DNA of 64,000 nucleotides from a bacterium (GCA_030648265.1 JAUSHX010000010.1:26253-90252); one strand, 5' to 3'. Positions 10,106 to 20,227 are shown, counted from the stretch's first letter. The notes: generated by a model from the sequence alone, not told the origin. Numbers and translations are program-made.

Positions 10106-11506
10106 ATGTCCAGAACACTGATAAAAGATTTGCGTGACAATATCGGTAACGAGGTCACAATTTCTGGGTGGGTTTCTGTTCGCCGCAACCAGGGTAAAAT
10201 GGTCTTTTTTGATTTCCGTGATGCGACCGGCACTATTCAGGGAGTCGTCCTGCCCGCCTCCTCCGCAATGGAGGAGGCGAAAACACTGCGTACCGAATAT
10301 GTAGTTTCAGTAACAGGAGAGGTGGTGAAAAGGGGAGAAAAAAATGTCCAGCAGGGAAAGGAAAACGGCGACCTTGAACTGCGTATTGAAGGCATTGTGA
10401 CGTTAAATACCTCCGAAACCCCTCCGTTTGACGTGACATCCGACACGTCCGTCGTTGGCGAAGAAACGCGCCTTGAATACCGGTATCTTGACCTCCGCAG
10501 CGAGAGGATGCAAAAAAATATCCGCATGAGGAGCGAATTTGTACGTAGAGTCCGGGAATTCCTCTTCAGAAAATCATTCACCGAAATTGAGACTCCGCTT
10601 CTCACGGAGTCCACGCCGGAGGGCTCGCGGGATTTTGTCGTGCCGTCCCGTCTGCATCCGGGCTCCTTTTACGCGCTTCCACAGGCGCCCCAGCAATACA
10701 AGCAACTACTGATGGTTGGCGGTTTTGAGAAGTATTTCCAGATAGCGCGCGCCATGCGCGACGAAGATCTGCGCGCAGACCGCGGCTTTGAGCATTCGCA
10801 GGTGGATATTGAAATGTCCTTCGTTGAGGAAAACGATGTGATGGACCTCGTGGAGGAAATGATGATTGAGGTTTCAGAGGCGATGGGCTTTACCGTGAAG
10901 GATACGCCGTTCCCTCGATTTACCTACGCAAAAGCTATGGCGAAATTCGGCGCCGATAAATTTGACCTCCGTACGGAGGAAGAAAGGGCGCGTGGAATAC
11001 TCGCATATGCGTGGGTATACCGTTTCCCGTTCTTCGAAAAGACCGATGAGGGAACATGGACATTCACGCATAATCCTTTTTCCAAGGCGATTGATGAGCA
11101 CGCGCCACTGCTACTGAAAGGAGAAAAGATTGGCGAAATCTTAACTGGCCAATACGATCTCGTGTGCAACGGCTACGAGACCGGCGGAGGAAGTATTCGC
11201 GAACACAAACCTGAATATCTCAAAAGCGTTTACAAAATTATGGGATACACCGAATATGAGATAGAGGAGCGGGTAGGACATATGCTGAAAGCGTTTACCT
11301 ATGGTGCGCCCCCGCACGGAGGTATCGCACTGGGGATTGAGAGGATTTTGATGACGCTCACCGGAGAGAAATATCTGCGGGAGGTTCAGGCATTCCCAAT
11401 GACGCGCGGCGGCCAAACTGCCGTCATGAAAGCGCCAAAACCGCTCACGAAAGAACAACTTCTTGAACTTGGAATTAGCGTTACTAAAGCCGGAAAAAAA
11501 GCATGA
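10106..11506 (+). CDS. aspS: Aspartate--tRNA ligase (short form lacking the GAD insertion)
   Basis: OB-fold, RL.YRYLDLR, STPEGSRDF.VPSR, LPQAPQ.YKQLLM, YGAPPHGGIALG.ER; only 466 aa. Confidence 0.92.
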   Translation: MSRTLIKDLRDNIGNEVTISGWVSVRRNQGKMVFFDFRDATGTIQGVVLPASSAMEEAKTLRTEYVVSVTGEVVKRGEKNVQQGKENGDLELRIEGIVTLNTSETPPFDVTSDTSVVGEETRLEYRYLDLRSERMQKNIRMRSEFVRRVREFLFRKSFTEIETPLLTESTPEGSRDFVVPSRLHPGSFYALPQAPQQYKQLLMVGGFEKYFQIARAMRDEDLRADRGFEHSQVDIEMSFVEENDVMDLVEEMMIEVSEAMGFTVKDTPFPRFTYAKAMAKFGADKFDLRTEEERARGILAYAWVYRFPFFEKTDEGTWTFTHNPFSKAIDEHAPLLLKGEKIGEILTGQYDLVCNGYETGGGSIREHKPEYLKSVYKIMGYTEYEIEERVGHMLKAFTYGAPPHGGIALGIERILMTLTGEKYLREVQAFPMTRGGQTAVMKAPKPLTKEQLLELGISVTKAGKKA

Positions 11507-12240
11507 CGAGCAAATTCATCGTTGCGACCCAAAACTTCACCGGGCCGCTTGAGACCCTTTTTAATCTTATAGAAGAACGCCGGCTTTCTGTTTCCGACGT
11601 TTCTCTCGCAGAGGTGACCGACGCGTATCTTTCGTATGTGGAAAAACTTCCGTCGCTCCCCTTAGGCGAAACGGCGCAATTTGTTCTCGTTGCCTCAACA
11701 CTGCTCCTGATAAAGTCGCGCATGCTTCTGCCCTCGCTGGAGTTGTCCGAAGACGAGCGCGAGAGCGTGGAGGAACTTGAGCGGCGTCTTGCACGCTACG
11801 CCATTATTCGCAAATCCGCCAAACTCCTGCGTCGTGCGTGGGGCACGGCACCGCTCGTTTTCCCCAAACGCGCTCCGATGCCTGATCCTGTATTTTCTCC
11901 GGGGCAAATCGGTCTAACCTCTATTGTGCAGGCGATGATGCGTATGATAAACATATTGCCCAATGTCCTCCAATCCGCAAAAGTGCTTGTGTCTCCCGTT
12001 TTGGCCCTTGAAGAGGTCATTGTCCGGCTTGAGAAGCGACTGACGGGAGCCGTGCATGCCCGGTTCAGCGAATTGACACGGTCGGCCGACAGGCACGAGG
12101 TTATTGTATACTTCCTCGCAATGCTGGAACTGGTTCGCTCCGGTTCAATAAGCGCAACGCAGGAAAGGATTTTCAGCGACATCACGCTGGCGACCGAGTC
12201 GCTTATGGCGCCGAAATACGGCGCGGGGAGTAGCAGCTAG
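11503..12240 (+). CDS. scpA: Segregation and condensation protein A
   Basis: F.GPL..L..LI, FVLVASTLLLIKSR.LLP, FLAMLELVR.G. Confidence 0.9.
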   Translation: MTSKFIVATQNFTGPLETLFNLIEERRLSVSDVSLAEVTDAYLSYVEKLPSLPLGETAQFVLVASTLLLIKSRMLLPSLELSEDERESVEELERRLARYAIIRKSAKLLRRAWGTAPLVFPKRAPMPDPVFSPGQIGLTSIVQAMMRMINILPNVLQSAKVLVSPVLALEEVIVRLEKRLTGAVHARFSELTRSADRHEVIVYFLAMLELVRSGSISATQERIFSDITLATESLMAPKYGAGSSS

Positions 12241-12290
12241 CCACTAGGGTATAGCCACTAGCAACTGAAATCTAGTATAGTGAAAGATTT

Positions 12291-12878
12291 ATGGAAGTAG
12301 AAACACAATCACGGACAAGCACAAATATCGTGGAATTGGCATCACAGGCCGAAGCTTTTTTGTTTACGGAAGGCGAGCCGATGGCACGAGCTCGGTTAAA
12401 AAAACTTCTTTCGTGCACAGATGAAGATCTCGCCTCGGCGCTTCTTTCTCTCTCGAGGCGGCAAGAGGGAGGCGGTGTGACGCTTGTCCTGACGGACAGG
12501 GAGGTAGCGCTGGCCGTTGCCCCTTCGTGCGCGCCGGCAATCCGTGCCGAGAACGAGAAGGAACACGAGCGCGAAATCGGAGACGCAGGGCTCGAGGTGC
12601 TTGCTATCTTGCTGTACCGTGGCCCCTCTACGCGCTCTCAAATTGATTATATTCGCGGTGTGAACACGAGTACCACCTTGCGCACGCTCCTTGCGCGCGG
12701 TCTCGCACTCCGCGCGGAAAATCCAAATGATTCGCGCGAGTACCTGTATCGGCCGACAGCTGAACTGCTCGCACACCTTGGAGCCTCAAGAATAGGGGAC
12801 TTGCCGGACTATGAAAAAATAACCGGAGAACTCGCGGCGTTTGAAACAACGAGGACGAATTCCGACGCACAGCTATGA
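12291..12878 (+). CDS. scpB: Segregation and condensation protein B
   Basis: EAFLF..GEP, LEVLAILLY.GP.TRS.IDYIRGVN. Follows scpA. Confidence 0.9.
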   Translation: MEVETQSRTSTNIVELASQAEAFLFTEGEPMARARLKKLLSCTDEDLASALLSLSRRQEGGGVTLVLTDREVALAVAPSCAPAIRAENEKEHEREIGDAGLEVLAILLYRGPSTRSQIDYIRGVNTSTTLRTLLARGLALRAENPNDSREYLYRPTAELLAHLGASRIGDLPDYEKITGELAAFETTRTNSDAQL

Positions 12879-13882
12879 TTGACGCGATGACGACAGGCGA
12901 GAAAGTTGAATCGGTGGTTGGGCGCGGGCTGATTCCTATCATTGCACTTTTTTTACTGTTCCTCGCGGCGATTGCGGTAGTCGTTGAACACAAGTACCCG
13001 CGTCCGATTGCACAGGCGCAACCACAGTCGCAGGCAGCATCAGCGGCCGAGACGGAGGACGCGTTCGCCGAACTGTCTCTCGTTGCAAAAGCAGCAATCG
13101 TCATTGACCTTAAAAATAACAAAACCCTATACGCCCTGAACCAGGATGCGCAACTCCCGCTGGCGTCGCTTGCAAAAGTGCCCCTCGCTCTCGTTGTGAG
13201 CGATGCCTTGCCTCCAGACACAGTGATAACGATTCCTCGCGATACGGCGCCCAAAGGAAGCGCGGAGCGCTTGGCAAAAGGCGAAAGGTGGCGCGTGCAA
13301 GACATCATTGATTTCACTCTCGTTGCCTCATCAAACGAGGGTGCGGAAATCCTTGCGAGCGCGGTCGACGAGTCAATACGAGAGAAGTACCCGAATGCGC
13401 CGGAGAATTCTGCGGCTATTTGGCGCATGAATGCGCTCGCAGAGCAACTCGGTCTTACTCGCACATACTTCCTCAACGCAAGCGGTCTTGATATCAGTAC
13501 GACTCTTTCCGGCGCATACGGTTCTGCACGAGACATTGCGGCGCTCTTTGCGTATGCCGCCACGGAACATCTTTTCATATTCAGTAAAACCGCCGATGAC
13601 GGCTTGTTATTGACGTCGGCAAACGGCAAGAATACTACCAGAGCATTCAATACCAATGAAGCGCAGGGACAGATACAGGGCATCATGATGGGAAAAACGG
13701 GCATCACGGACCTCGCAGGAGGCAATCTCGCGGTCGTTTTTGACGCGGGCTATGGGCATCCGATTGTAGCGGTGGTGCTCGGCTCAACGCGCGAGGGGCG
13801 CTTCTCGGATATGCGCCAGCTTGTGTCATATGCGAGAGTTGCGGTTGCGGAACAGAAAGAAGTTCTCGCAACTGGTCAGTAA
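12875..13882 (+). CDS. D-alanyl-D-alanine carboxypeptidase (peptidase S11)
   Basis: SxxK (ASLAK), SxN (SSN) and KTG motifs; N-terminal TM. Confidence 0.88.
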   Translation: MIDAMTTGEKVESVVGRGLIPIIALFLLFLAAIAVVVEHKYPRPIAQAQPQSQAASAAETEDAFAELSLVAKAAIVIDLKNNKTLYALNQDAQLPLASLAKVPLALVVSDALPPDTVITIPRDTAPKGSAERLAKGERWRVQDIIDFTLVASSNEGAEILASAVDESIREKYPNAPENSAAIWRMNALAEQLGLTRTYFLNASGLDISTTLSGAYGSARDIAALFAYAATEHLFIFSKTADDGLLLTSANGKNTTRAFNTNEAQGQIQGIMMGKTGITDLAGGNLAVVFDAGYGHPIVAVVLGSTREGRFSDMRQLVSYARVAVAEQKEVLATGQ

Positions 13883-13894
13883 AGGAAGTACAAT

Positions 13895-14962
13895 GTGAAA
13901 ATGATATCAGACCTCGTACGGGTTCTTGTTCCGGCTACTACAGCTTTCGTTATCGGAATTCTCGCGACACCAATCCTCACCCATTACCTGTACAAGTACA
14001 GGGCGTGGAAAAAAAGCCCCGGGAAAACCGCGCTTGACGGCACGCAAGCTTCAGAGTTCTACCGTCTGCATGAAGAGAACGAGGTACGGGCGCCGAGGAT
14101 GGGAGGTATTGTCGTGTGGGGAAGCGTTGTGCTTACCATCATAGGAATTGCTATCGTTGCGCGATTCGTACCAAGCGCAGAAATTCTTAAATTGGATTTC
14201 CTAAGCCGCAATCAGACATGGATACCGCTCGCGGCGCTCATCGTGGGGGCGCTTGCGGGACTGATGGACGACATGATGGTCATTCGCCCAGAGAGCAGGG
14301 GAATGCCGCTGCGTCTCCGGTTGTTTATCGTCGTTGTTCTTTCTGCTTACATCGGCTGGTGGTTCTGGTCCAAACTGGGTGTTACCGCCGTAAATATTCC
14401 TTTCGGAGCGCCTTTTGAGATCGGATGGCTCATCATTCCGCTGTTTGTACTGGTGTCGCTCGCAGTGTATGCATCCGGCGTGATAGACGGAATAGACGGC
14501 TTGTCCGGAGGAGTATTCGCTTCTGTCTTTGCCTCGTATTCTCTCATTGCATTCGCGCAGAATCAAATAGACCTTTCATCTTTCTGTGCATCAGTCGTCG
14601 GCGGACTGCTTGCGTTCTTATGGTTCAATATTCCGCCCGCGAGGTTTTATATGTCTGACACGGGAACTATGGGACTTACGCTTACTATAGCGGTAATAGC
14701 GTTCATGACAGACAACCTTGGGGGCGGAGTCGGGATTTTGGTTTTGCCCATCATCGGCGGATTGCTTGTTGCAACGGTCGCCTCTGATATAGCGCAGGTT
14801 GTCTCAAAAAAGTTTCTCGGTAAGAAGCTATTTCGCATAGCGCCGCTGCACCATCACTTTGAGGCGATTGGTTGGCCAGGATACAAGGTCGTCATGCGCT
14901 ACTGGATCCTATCGGTCGTGTTCGCTTTTGCAGGAGTAATTATTGCGTTGGTTTCAATTTAG
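13895..14962 (+). CDS. mraY: Phospho-N-acetylmuramoyl-pentapeptide transferase
   Basis: P.MGG, GLMDD, DGIDGL, FN.PPARFYM.DTG, APLHHHFE. Start is 13895 (GTG) or 13901 (ATG). Confidence 0.93.
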   Translation: MKMISDLVRVLVPATTAFVIGILATPILTHYLYKYRAWKKSPGKTALDGTQASEFYRLHEENEVRAPRMGGIVVWGSVVLTIIGIAIVARFVPSAEILKLDFLSRNQTWIPLAALIVGALAGLMDDMMVIRPESRGMPLRLRLFIVVVLSAYIGWWFWSKLGVTAVNIPFGAPFEIGWLIIPLFVLVSLAVYASGVIDGIDGLSGGVFASVFASYSLIAFAQNQIDLSSFCASVVGGLLAFLWFNIPPARFYMSDTGTMGLTLTIAVIAFMTDNLGGGVGILVLPIIGGLLVATVASDIAQVVSKKFLGKKLFRIAPLHHHFEAIGWPGYKVVMRYWILSVVFAFAGVIIALVSI

Positions 14963-15094
14963 AAATTGTTATGAGCAACGCGAATTACAATTTCTTAACC
15001 CTGTTAAATCCCGCCGAAGGCGTGGCGGCAAAGCCGCATTTAACAGGGTGCAAGTTGCTTCTAAGCTCGTTAACACTCGCCAAGAAGAACTAAC
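14960..15094 (+). repeat. Palindromic element E4 filling the mraY-ftsW junction
   Basis: Begins at the mraY TAG. Stem ACCCTGTTAAAT 14998-15009/15038-15049 encloses two small GC hairpins. Ends AACTAAC-ATG. Confidence 0.88.
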
Positions 15095-16198
15095 ATGAAA
15101 AAAACTGCGCACATTGACAGACCGCTGACCTTTCTCATTTTCACGCTTCTCATCGGCGGGTGCATGATTTTCGCGTCCGCGGCGCTTGGCTATCTCGGGC
15201 GCGGAAATGGAAATGTCTCGTCAGTCGTTTTCAATCATCTTGTACTGGGAGCCGGCATTGGCGTCGTAGCACTCATCATCACGAGCATTGTGGATTACCG
15301 AGTATGGCAACGATTTGCGCCGTTTTTCTTTGTGCTGGCCATTATTGCGACTGCGTTGGTTTTTTTGCCGCAGATAGGCGTGATGCACGGCGGAGGAAAA
15401 CGCTGGATTGAATTTGCCGGAATTTCATTCCAGCCGTCGGAAACGCTGAAGCTGGGAACTGTGATAATGGCCGCGGCATATTTTTCTGCCATCCGCGCTC
15501 GCATACAATCCATGTGGTACACCATAGGCGGATTAATCGCCATCCTCGCGCTTCCGTCAGTAGTTTTAGTGCTCCAACCGGACATAGGAACACTGGGTGT
15601 CATAACCCTAGGCGCACTCGCAATATACTTCACTGCCGGCGTATCGTGGAAACACATCGCGATAATAGCATGCATCATACCAATAGTTCTTGGAGCAATC
15701 ATCATGACAAAGCCATACGTTCGCGACAGGGTAGCCACCTTCTTCTATCCGGCAAAAAACCAACAAGCTGAAGGGTATCAGATACGGCAGTCTCTCATCG
15801 CGATAGGATCCGGCGGCTTTTCGGGGCGCGGATTCGGACAAGGCGTCCAAAAATTCACGTACCTGCCGGAACCGATGGGAGATTCTATATTCGCCGTGGC
15901 CGGAGAAGAACTGGGCTTTGTCGGCAGCGCGTCTATTGTCGTGTTATTTCTTGCGTTTGCGCTCCGCGGATTTACAGTCGCTTCCCGCGCCCCCGATTTA
16001 TTCGGCGCACTCTTAGGCGTCGGGATTTCTATGTATCTTGCGAGCGAAGCTTTTATAAATATCGCCTCAATGCTTGGTGTCGCACCACTGACCGGCATAC
16101 CGCTTACATTTGTAAGCCAAGGAGGGAGTGCCATGCTCGTTTCGCTCGCAAGTGCCGGCATTCTCTTGAATATATCCAAACATTCCACCGCTCGTTAG
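15095..16198 (+). CDS. ftsW: SEDS peptidoglycan polymerase FtsW
   Basis: GG.RWI, QPSE.LK, QPD.GT, YQ..QSLIAIGSGG..G.G.GQG.QK..YLPE..GDSIF; mraY-ftsW-murG context. Confidence 0.9.
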   Translation: MKKTAHIDRPLTFLIFTLLIGGCMIFASAALGYLGRGNGNVSSVVFNHLVLGAGIGVVALIITSIVDYRVWQRFAPFFFVLAIIATALVFLPQIGVMHGGGKRWIEFAGISFQPSETLKLGTVIMAAAYFSAIRARIQSMWYTIGGLIAILALPSVVLVLQPDIGTLGVITLGALAIYFTAGVSWKHIAIIACIIPIVLGAIIMTKPYVRDRVATFFYPAKNQQAEGYQIRQSLIAIGSGGFSGRGFGQGVQKFTYLPEPMGDSIFAVAGEELGFVGSASIVVLFLAFALRGFTVASRAPDLFGALLGVGISMYLASEAFINIASMLGVAPLTGIPLTFVSQGGSAMLVSLASAGILLNISKHSTAR

Positions 16199-16297
16199 CC
16201 GGAATACGGCCGCGCTTTAAAGGACGATGGCGCGGCATGCGAATTAGCAAATTCGAAACTTGGTGATTTCGCCAAAATCACGTGGTAAAATACCGTC

Positions 16298-17440
16298 ATG
16301 CGCATTGTACTCACAGGCGGAGGAACGGGAGGTCATTTTTATCCCCTAATTGCGGTGGCGGAAGCTATTGAGGACATATCAAAAGAACGAACACTGATAG
16401 AGCCGGAACTCTACTATATAGGTCCCGGCGCTTTTGATGTTGAGGCATTGCGCGAGCACGATATTATCCATATCGCAACTTCCGCGGGGAGAATGAGACG
16501 GTACGGAAGTATCCTGAACTTTTTTGATATTTTCAAAACCATTTGGGGAATACTGACCACTACCGCACGGCTTTTCAGCCTGTATCCGGACGTTGTGTTC
16601 TCAACGGGCGGCTTTGCCGCATATCCGGCATTGTTTGCGGCACGCGTGCTCGCAATTCCGGTCATCATATACGATGCGGACGCCACTCCGGGAAGAGTTT
16701 CTCTGTGGTCGGCGAAATTTGCGCTCTGGATTGCACTCGCTCATCCTGATGCCATCTCGCAATTTCCCGAACGAGTACGGGATAGGATCGCAAGAACAGG
16801 CCACCCCATACGAAAAGAGATAGAAAAGCCAACCAACGAAGGCGGGCACGAGTTCCTCAAGCTTGAATCATCCGTACCGACCATATTTGTCATGGGCGGT
16901 TCGCAAGGTTCTGTAGCAATCAACAACGTCGTTTTAAGCGCCCTGCCGGAACTGGTAAAGAAATACAACGTTGTGCATCAGGTGGGAACTGCGAATCTGG
17001 AGGAGACGGCAAAAATATCAAAACTGATATTGCGGAATTCTTTCTTTGACAAGAGGTACCGCGCGTTTGGGCTTTTGAATACGCTCGCGCTTCGAATGAC
17101 AGCGGGAATATCTTCTCTCATAGTTTCAAGGGCCGGAAGCGGCTCCATTTTTGAGATTGCTTCGTGGGGAATACCTGCAATCCTTATTCCGATACCCGAG
17201 GATATTTCGCATGACCAAAAAGAAAACGCGTATTCGTACGCGCGCTCGGGTGCCGCTGTCGTACTGGAACAGCGCAATGTGACGCCGCACCTGCTTATCG
17301 CCGAGATTGACCACATCGCAGGTAATCCTGAAATAGAAAAGAAGATGTCCGCTGCTGCGCTTGAATTCGCGCGCCCCGAAAGCGCGCGGAAGCTGGCAAC
17401 AATAATCATCGAAACAGCGCTGGAACATGAACCCCGTTAG
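16298..17440 (+). CDS. murG: MurG glycosyltransferase
   Basis: GGGTGGH.YP, TGGF, TGHPIR, GGSQGS, SRAGSG, HDQKENA. Confidence 0.94.
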   Translation: MRIVLTGGGTGGHFYPLIAVAEAIEDISKERTLIEPELYYIGPGAFDVEALREHDIIHIATSAGRMRRYGSILNFFDIFKTIWGILTTTARLFSLYPDVVFSTGGFAAYPALFAARVLAIPVIIYDADATPGRVSLWSAKFALWIALAHPDAISQFPERVRDRIARTGHPIRKEIEKPTNEGGHEFLKLESSVPTIFVMGGSQGSVAINNVVLSALPELVKKYNVVHQVGTANLEETAKISKLILRNSFFDKRYRAFGLLNTLALRMTAGISSLIVSRAGSGSIFEIASWGIPAILIPIPEDISHDQKENAYSYARSGAAVVLEQRNVTPHLLIAEIDHIAGNPEIEKKMSAAALEFARPESARKLATIIIETALEHEPR

Positions 17441-17561
17441 AAGTCTGGACATATGCAAAAATCCTGCGAAACAATAGAGACGCCAATGACATATCGCTCG
17501 TATGTTGGGCACGTAAAAGATAATTTCTTAAATTATCTTTTACACCTGACTTCTAACGGGG
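17432..17561. mobile_element. MITE-like element with CCCCGTTAGAAGTC terminal inverted repeats
   Basis: Perfect 14-bp IR 17432-17445/17548-17561 around about 100 nt. It supplies the murG stop codon. A related IR lies at 27660-27711. Confidence 0.6.
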
Positions 17562-17582
17562 GAACCCCCGGAGAGTCTCGTT

Positions 17583-18941
17583 ATGACTGAAAGAGACGTC
17601 AGGGTTCGCATTCCGCCCAGTCCGACGGGGAACTGTCACGTCGGTACCGCAAGAATGGCGATAATTAATTTCCTGTTTGCCAGAAGGCACAGCGGCACAG
17701 TTATATTTCGTAGTGAAGATACGGATAAAGAGCGCGGTAAGCAAGAATTTGAAGACGACATCGTAATCTCTCTGCATTGGCTCGGACTTGATTGGGATGA
17801 ATTCTATCGGCAATCAGAGCGCACGGATATGTACCGCGAAGCGCTCCGGTCTCTGATAGATTTGGGCAAGGCTTACGTTTCCGAAGAAGAAAGCAAAAAG
17901 GAAGCCGGACGCATGATACGCGTAGTTCGTTTGAAAAACCCAGGCACTAACGTTACATTTACCGACCTCATACGGGGCGATATAACATTTGATACGACCG
18001 AGCTTGGCGATTTTGTTATTGCGCGAAGCGTGGACGATGCGCTCTATCACTTTGCAGTCGTTGTAGATGATGCTCTAATGAAAATTACGCATGTGATTCG
18101 CGGAGACGACCATATTTCAAACACTCCGCGTCAAATTCTCATTCAGGAAGCACTAGGATTTGAGCGCCCAAAATATGCACATTATCCGCTGCTTTTGGGT
18201 GCAGACAAGTCAAAACTTTCCAAACGAACAGGGGACACTGCAGTGAGAAGTTACAAAGAAGAGGGCTATATTCCGGAAGCATTTCTTAATTACATAGCAA
18301 TACTCGGCTGGACGCCTGCGTCGCAGAGAGAAATTCTTTCACTTCCCGAAATGATAGAAGAATTTGATATCAAAGATTTGCATAAAAGCGGGGCAGTATT
18401 TGATATTGAGAAATTGCGTTGGTTCAACCGTAATTATCTTCAAAAGATTCCGGCGGAAGAATTTGGACAGGCAGCTCTCGGCATCATGGAAGAAATGGTT
18501 TCGGAACGCGGATTGAAATGGAGCTCCGGCACGGGCGCACAGCTCTACGGCATGGTCCGTGAGAGAATTTCCGTATGGAAAGACCTGCGTGTATTAATTG
18601 ATGATGGGGAATTGGACTACTTCTTTTCTGAACCAAGGTATAACACTATAGATATACCGGGGAAGAAAAGTGCTCCTGAATCAGCAATAAAACATTTGAA
18701 CTCTTTGCGGGAAATTCTTGCGAATATTTCGGAAACACAATTCAGAAATCAGGAAACAATAAAAGCATCGGTCTGGAATTACGCGACGAAAGAGGGGACT
18801 GGGGCGGTTTTGTGGCCGTTCCGGTATGCTCTCTCTGGACTAGCCCGTTCGCCGGACCCGTTTTTCATCGCCTCCGTCCTCGGCAAAGAGTGTGTTATTA
18901 AACGCGTGGCGTCGGCAATTAGAGCACTCTCTGCGGTATGA
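17583..18941 (+). CDS. gltX: Glutamate--tRNA ligase
   Basis: RVRIPPSPTG..HVG.AR, EDTD, THVIRG.DHISNTPRQ, KLSKR. Confidence 0.95.
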   Translation: MTERDVRVRIPPSPTGNCHVGTARMAIINFLFARRHSGTVIFRSEDTDKERGKQEFEDDIVISLHWLGLDWDEFYRQSERTDMYREALRSLIDLGKAYVSEEESKKEAGRMIRVVRLKNPGTNVTFTDLIRGDITFDTTELGDFVIARSVDDALYHFAVVVDDALMKITHVIRGDDHISNTPRQILIQEALGFERPKYAHYPLLLGADKSKLSKRTGDTAVRSYKEEGYIPEAFLNYIAILGWTPASQREILSLPEMIEEFDIKDLHKSGAVFDIEKLRWFNRNYLQKIPAEEFGQAALGIMEEMVSERGLKWSSGTGAQLYGMVRERISVWKDLRVLIDDGELDYFFSEPRYNTIDIPGKKSAPESAIKHLNSLREILANISETQFRNQETIKASVWNYATKEGTGAVLWPFRYALSGLARSPDPFFIASVLGKECVIKRVASAIRALSAV

Positions 18942-20218
18942 CGGTGGGTTTTGCCAAATATGCCGCGTCTGTGGCCATCGCGTTAATCGTCGTACCGGGC
19001 TTGGTCTTTGCTCAATCAACCGACGAATTGCAAAAACAGATAGATGAGCACAATTCACAGATTACAACGCTCAATAAAGAGATAGCACAATACCAGGCAC
19101 AGCTGGACACGACGTCCCAAAAGAAACAGACGCTCCAGAATGTATTGTCGCAATTGGATATCTCGCGAAAAAAGATTACCGCTTCAATTACGGTAACGAA
19201 AAAACAGATCAGTTCCACTCAACTGCAAATCCAGCAACTTGCCAGCGGCATTCACAGCAAGGAAGCTTCCATCAGCGGATACCAGGCATCTCTCGGGGAA
19301 TCACTCCGGGGGCTTAATCAGACAGAGATAGTACCGTTTGCGGAATCATTGCTTTCCACTGATTCAATTTCAGATGCATGGGGTGACGCGGAAGCTATTT
19401 CCCAGCTTCAGACAGCAGTACGGGACGATATCGCGCGCCTTGCAGGCGAAAAAGCATCCCTGTCAAAAACAAAGACAACCGCCGAGCAAAAACGCGAGCA
19501 ATTGCTAAAACAGCAGAAGACGCTCGTCGTACAGCAAGGTTCTCTTGATGCGACGGTCAAGGCGCAAAAAGAGCTTCTGGCACAAACCAAAGCCCAGGAA
19601 TCCACGTACCAAAACATCATTGCGCAAAAAATGGCGCAAGAAGCCGCGTTTGAACAGGCCTTGAGCGACCTGCAGTCAAAATTACAGTACACGGTCAGCC
19701 AGGCGGATATCTTGAAAGCCGGAAAAGGAATCATAAGGTGGCCATTGGATGCAGTCAGGATTACTCAACATTTTGGAAATACGGCTTTCGCTAGAGCCGG
19801 CGCATACAACGGCAAAGGTCATAACGGCATTGACCTTGCTGCACAAATCGGGACGCCCGTCAAAGCGGCGTTATCCGGCGTCGTCGTTGGCACTGGCAAC
19901 ACCGATTCTGTGAGAGGATGCTATTCCTTCGGCAAATGGGTGCTTATAAAACACAACAATGGACTTGATACTATTTACGCCCACCTTTCGCAAATCGGCA
20001 TCTCGGCCGGGCAATCCGTTGCAACAGGACAAGTGATAGGGTATAGCGGACAAACAGGATACGCTACCGGCCCGCATCTGCATTTTGGCGTGTACGTATC
20101 TTCCGCGACGCAAGTTATGAAATTGGGAGATGCAACGAACAAGAAAACTCCATGCTACAGCGCCGTAATGCCAATTGCGCCTCTGTCCGCTTATTTGAAT
20201 CCGGAGAACTACCTCTAG
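18938..20218 (+). CDS. Coiled-coil M23 peptidoglycan endopeptidase (EnvC/CwlO-like)
   Basis: Signal peptide, long coiled coil, HNGID and YAHL...TGPHLHF motifs. Confidence 0.9.
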   Translation: MTVGFAKYAASVAIALIVVPGLVFAQSTDELQKQIDEHNSQITTLNKEIAQYQAQLDTTSQKKQTLQNVLSQLDISRKKITASITVTKKQISSTQLQIQQLASGIHSKEASISGYQASLGESLRGLNQTEIVPFAESLLSTDSISDAWGDAEAISQLQTAVRDDIARLAGEKASLSKTKTTAEQKREQLLKQQKTLVVQQGSLDATVKAQKELLAQTKAQESTYQNIIAQKMAQEAAFEQALSDLQSKLQYTVSQADILKAGKGIIRWPLDAVRITQHFGNTAFARAGAYNGKGHNGIDLAAQIGTPVKAALSGVVVGTGNTDSVRGCYSFGKWVLIKHNNGLDTIYAHLSQIGISAGQSVATGQVIGYSGQTGYATGPHLHFGVYVSSATQVMKLGDATNKKTPCYSAVMPIAPLSAYLNPENYL

Positions 20219-20227
20219 GCAGAGTTG

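Noticed and set aside
12628-13725. Long antisense ORFs (e.g. 12628-13725, 37001-37771, 25946-26602, 34832-35434)
   Set aside because: They overlap well-supported genes on the opposite strand and have no recognisable motifs; typical shadow ORFs.
14971-15093. Leader peptides encoded by E elements (MSNANYNF... in E4, MSRANYKF... in E3)
   Set aside because: The frame closes after 5 codons in E8 and the ATG is missing in E2, E5 and E7, so coding potential is not conserved.
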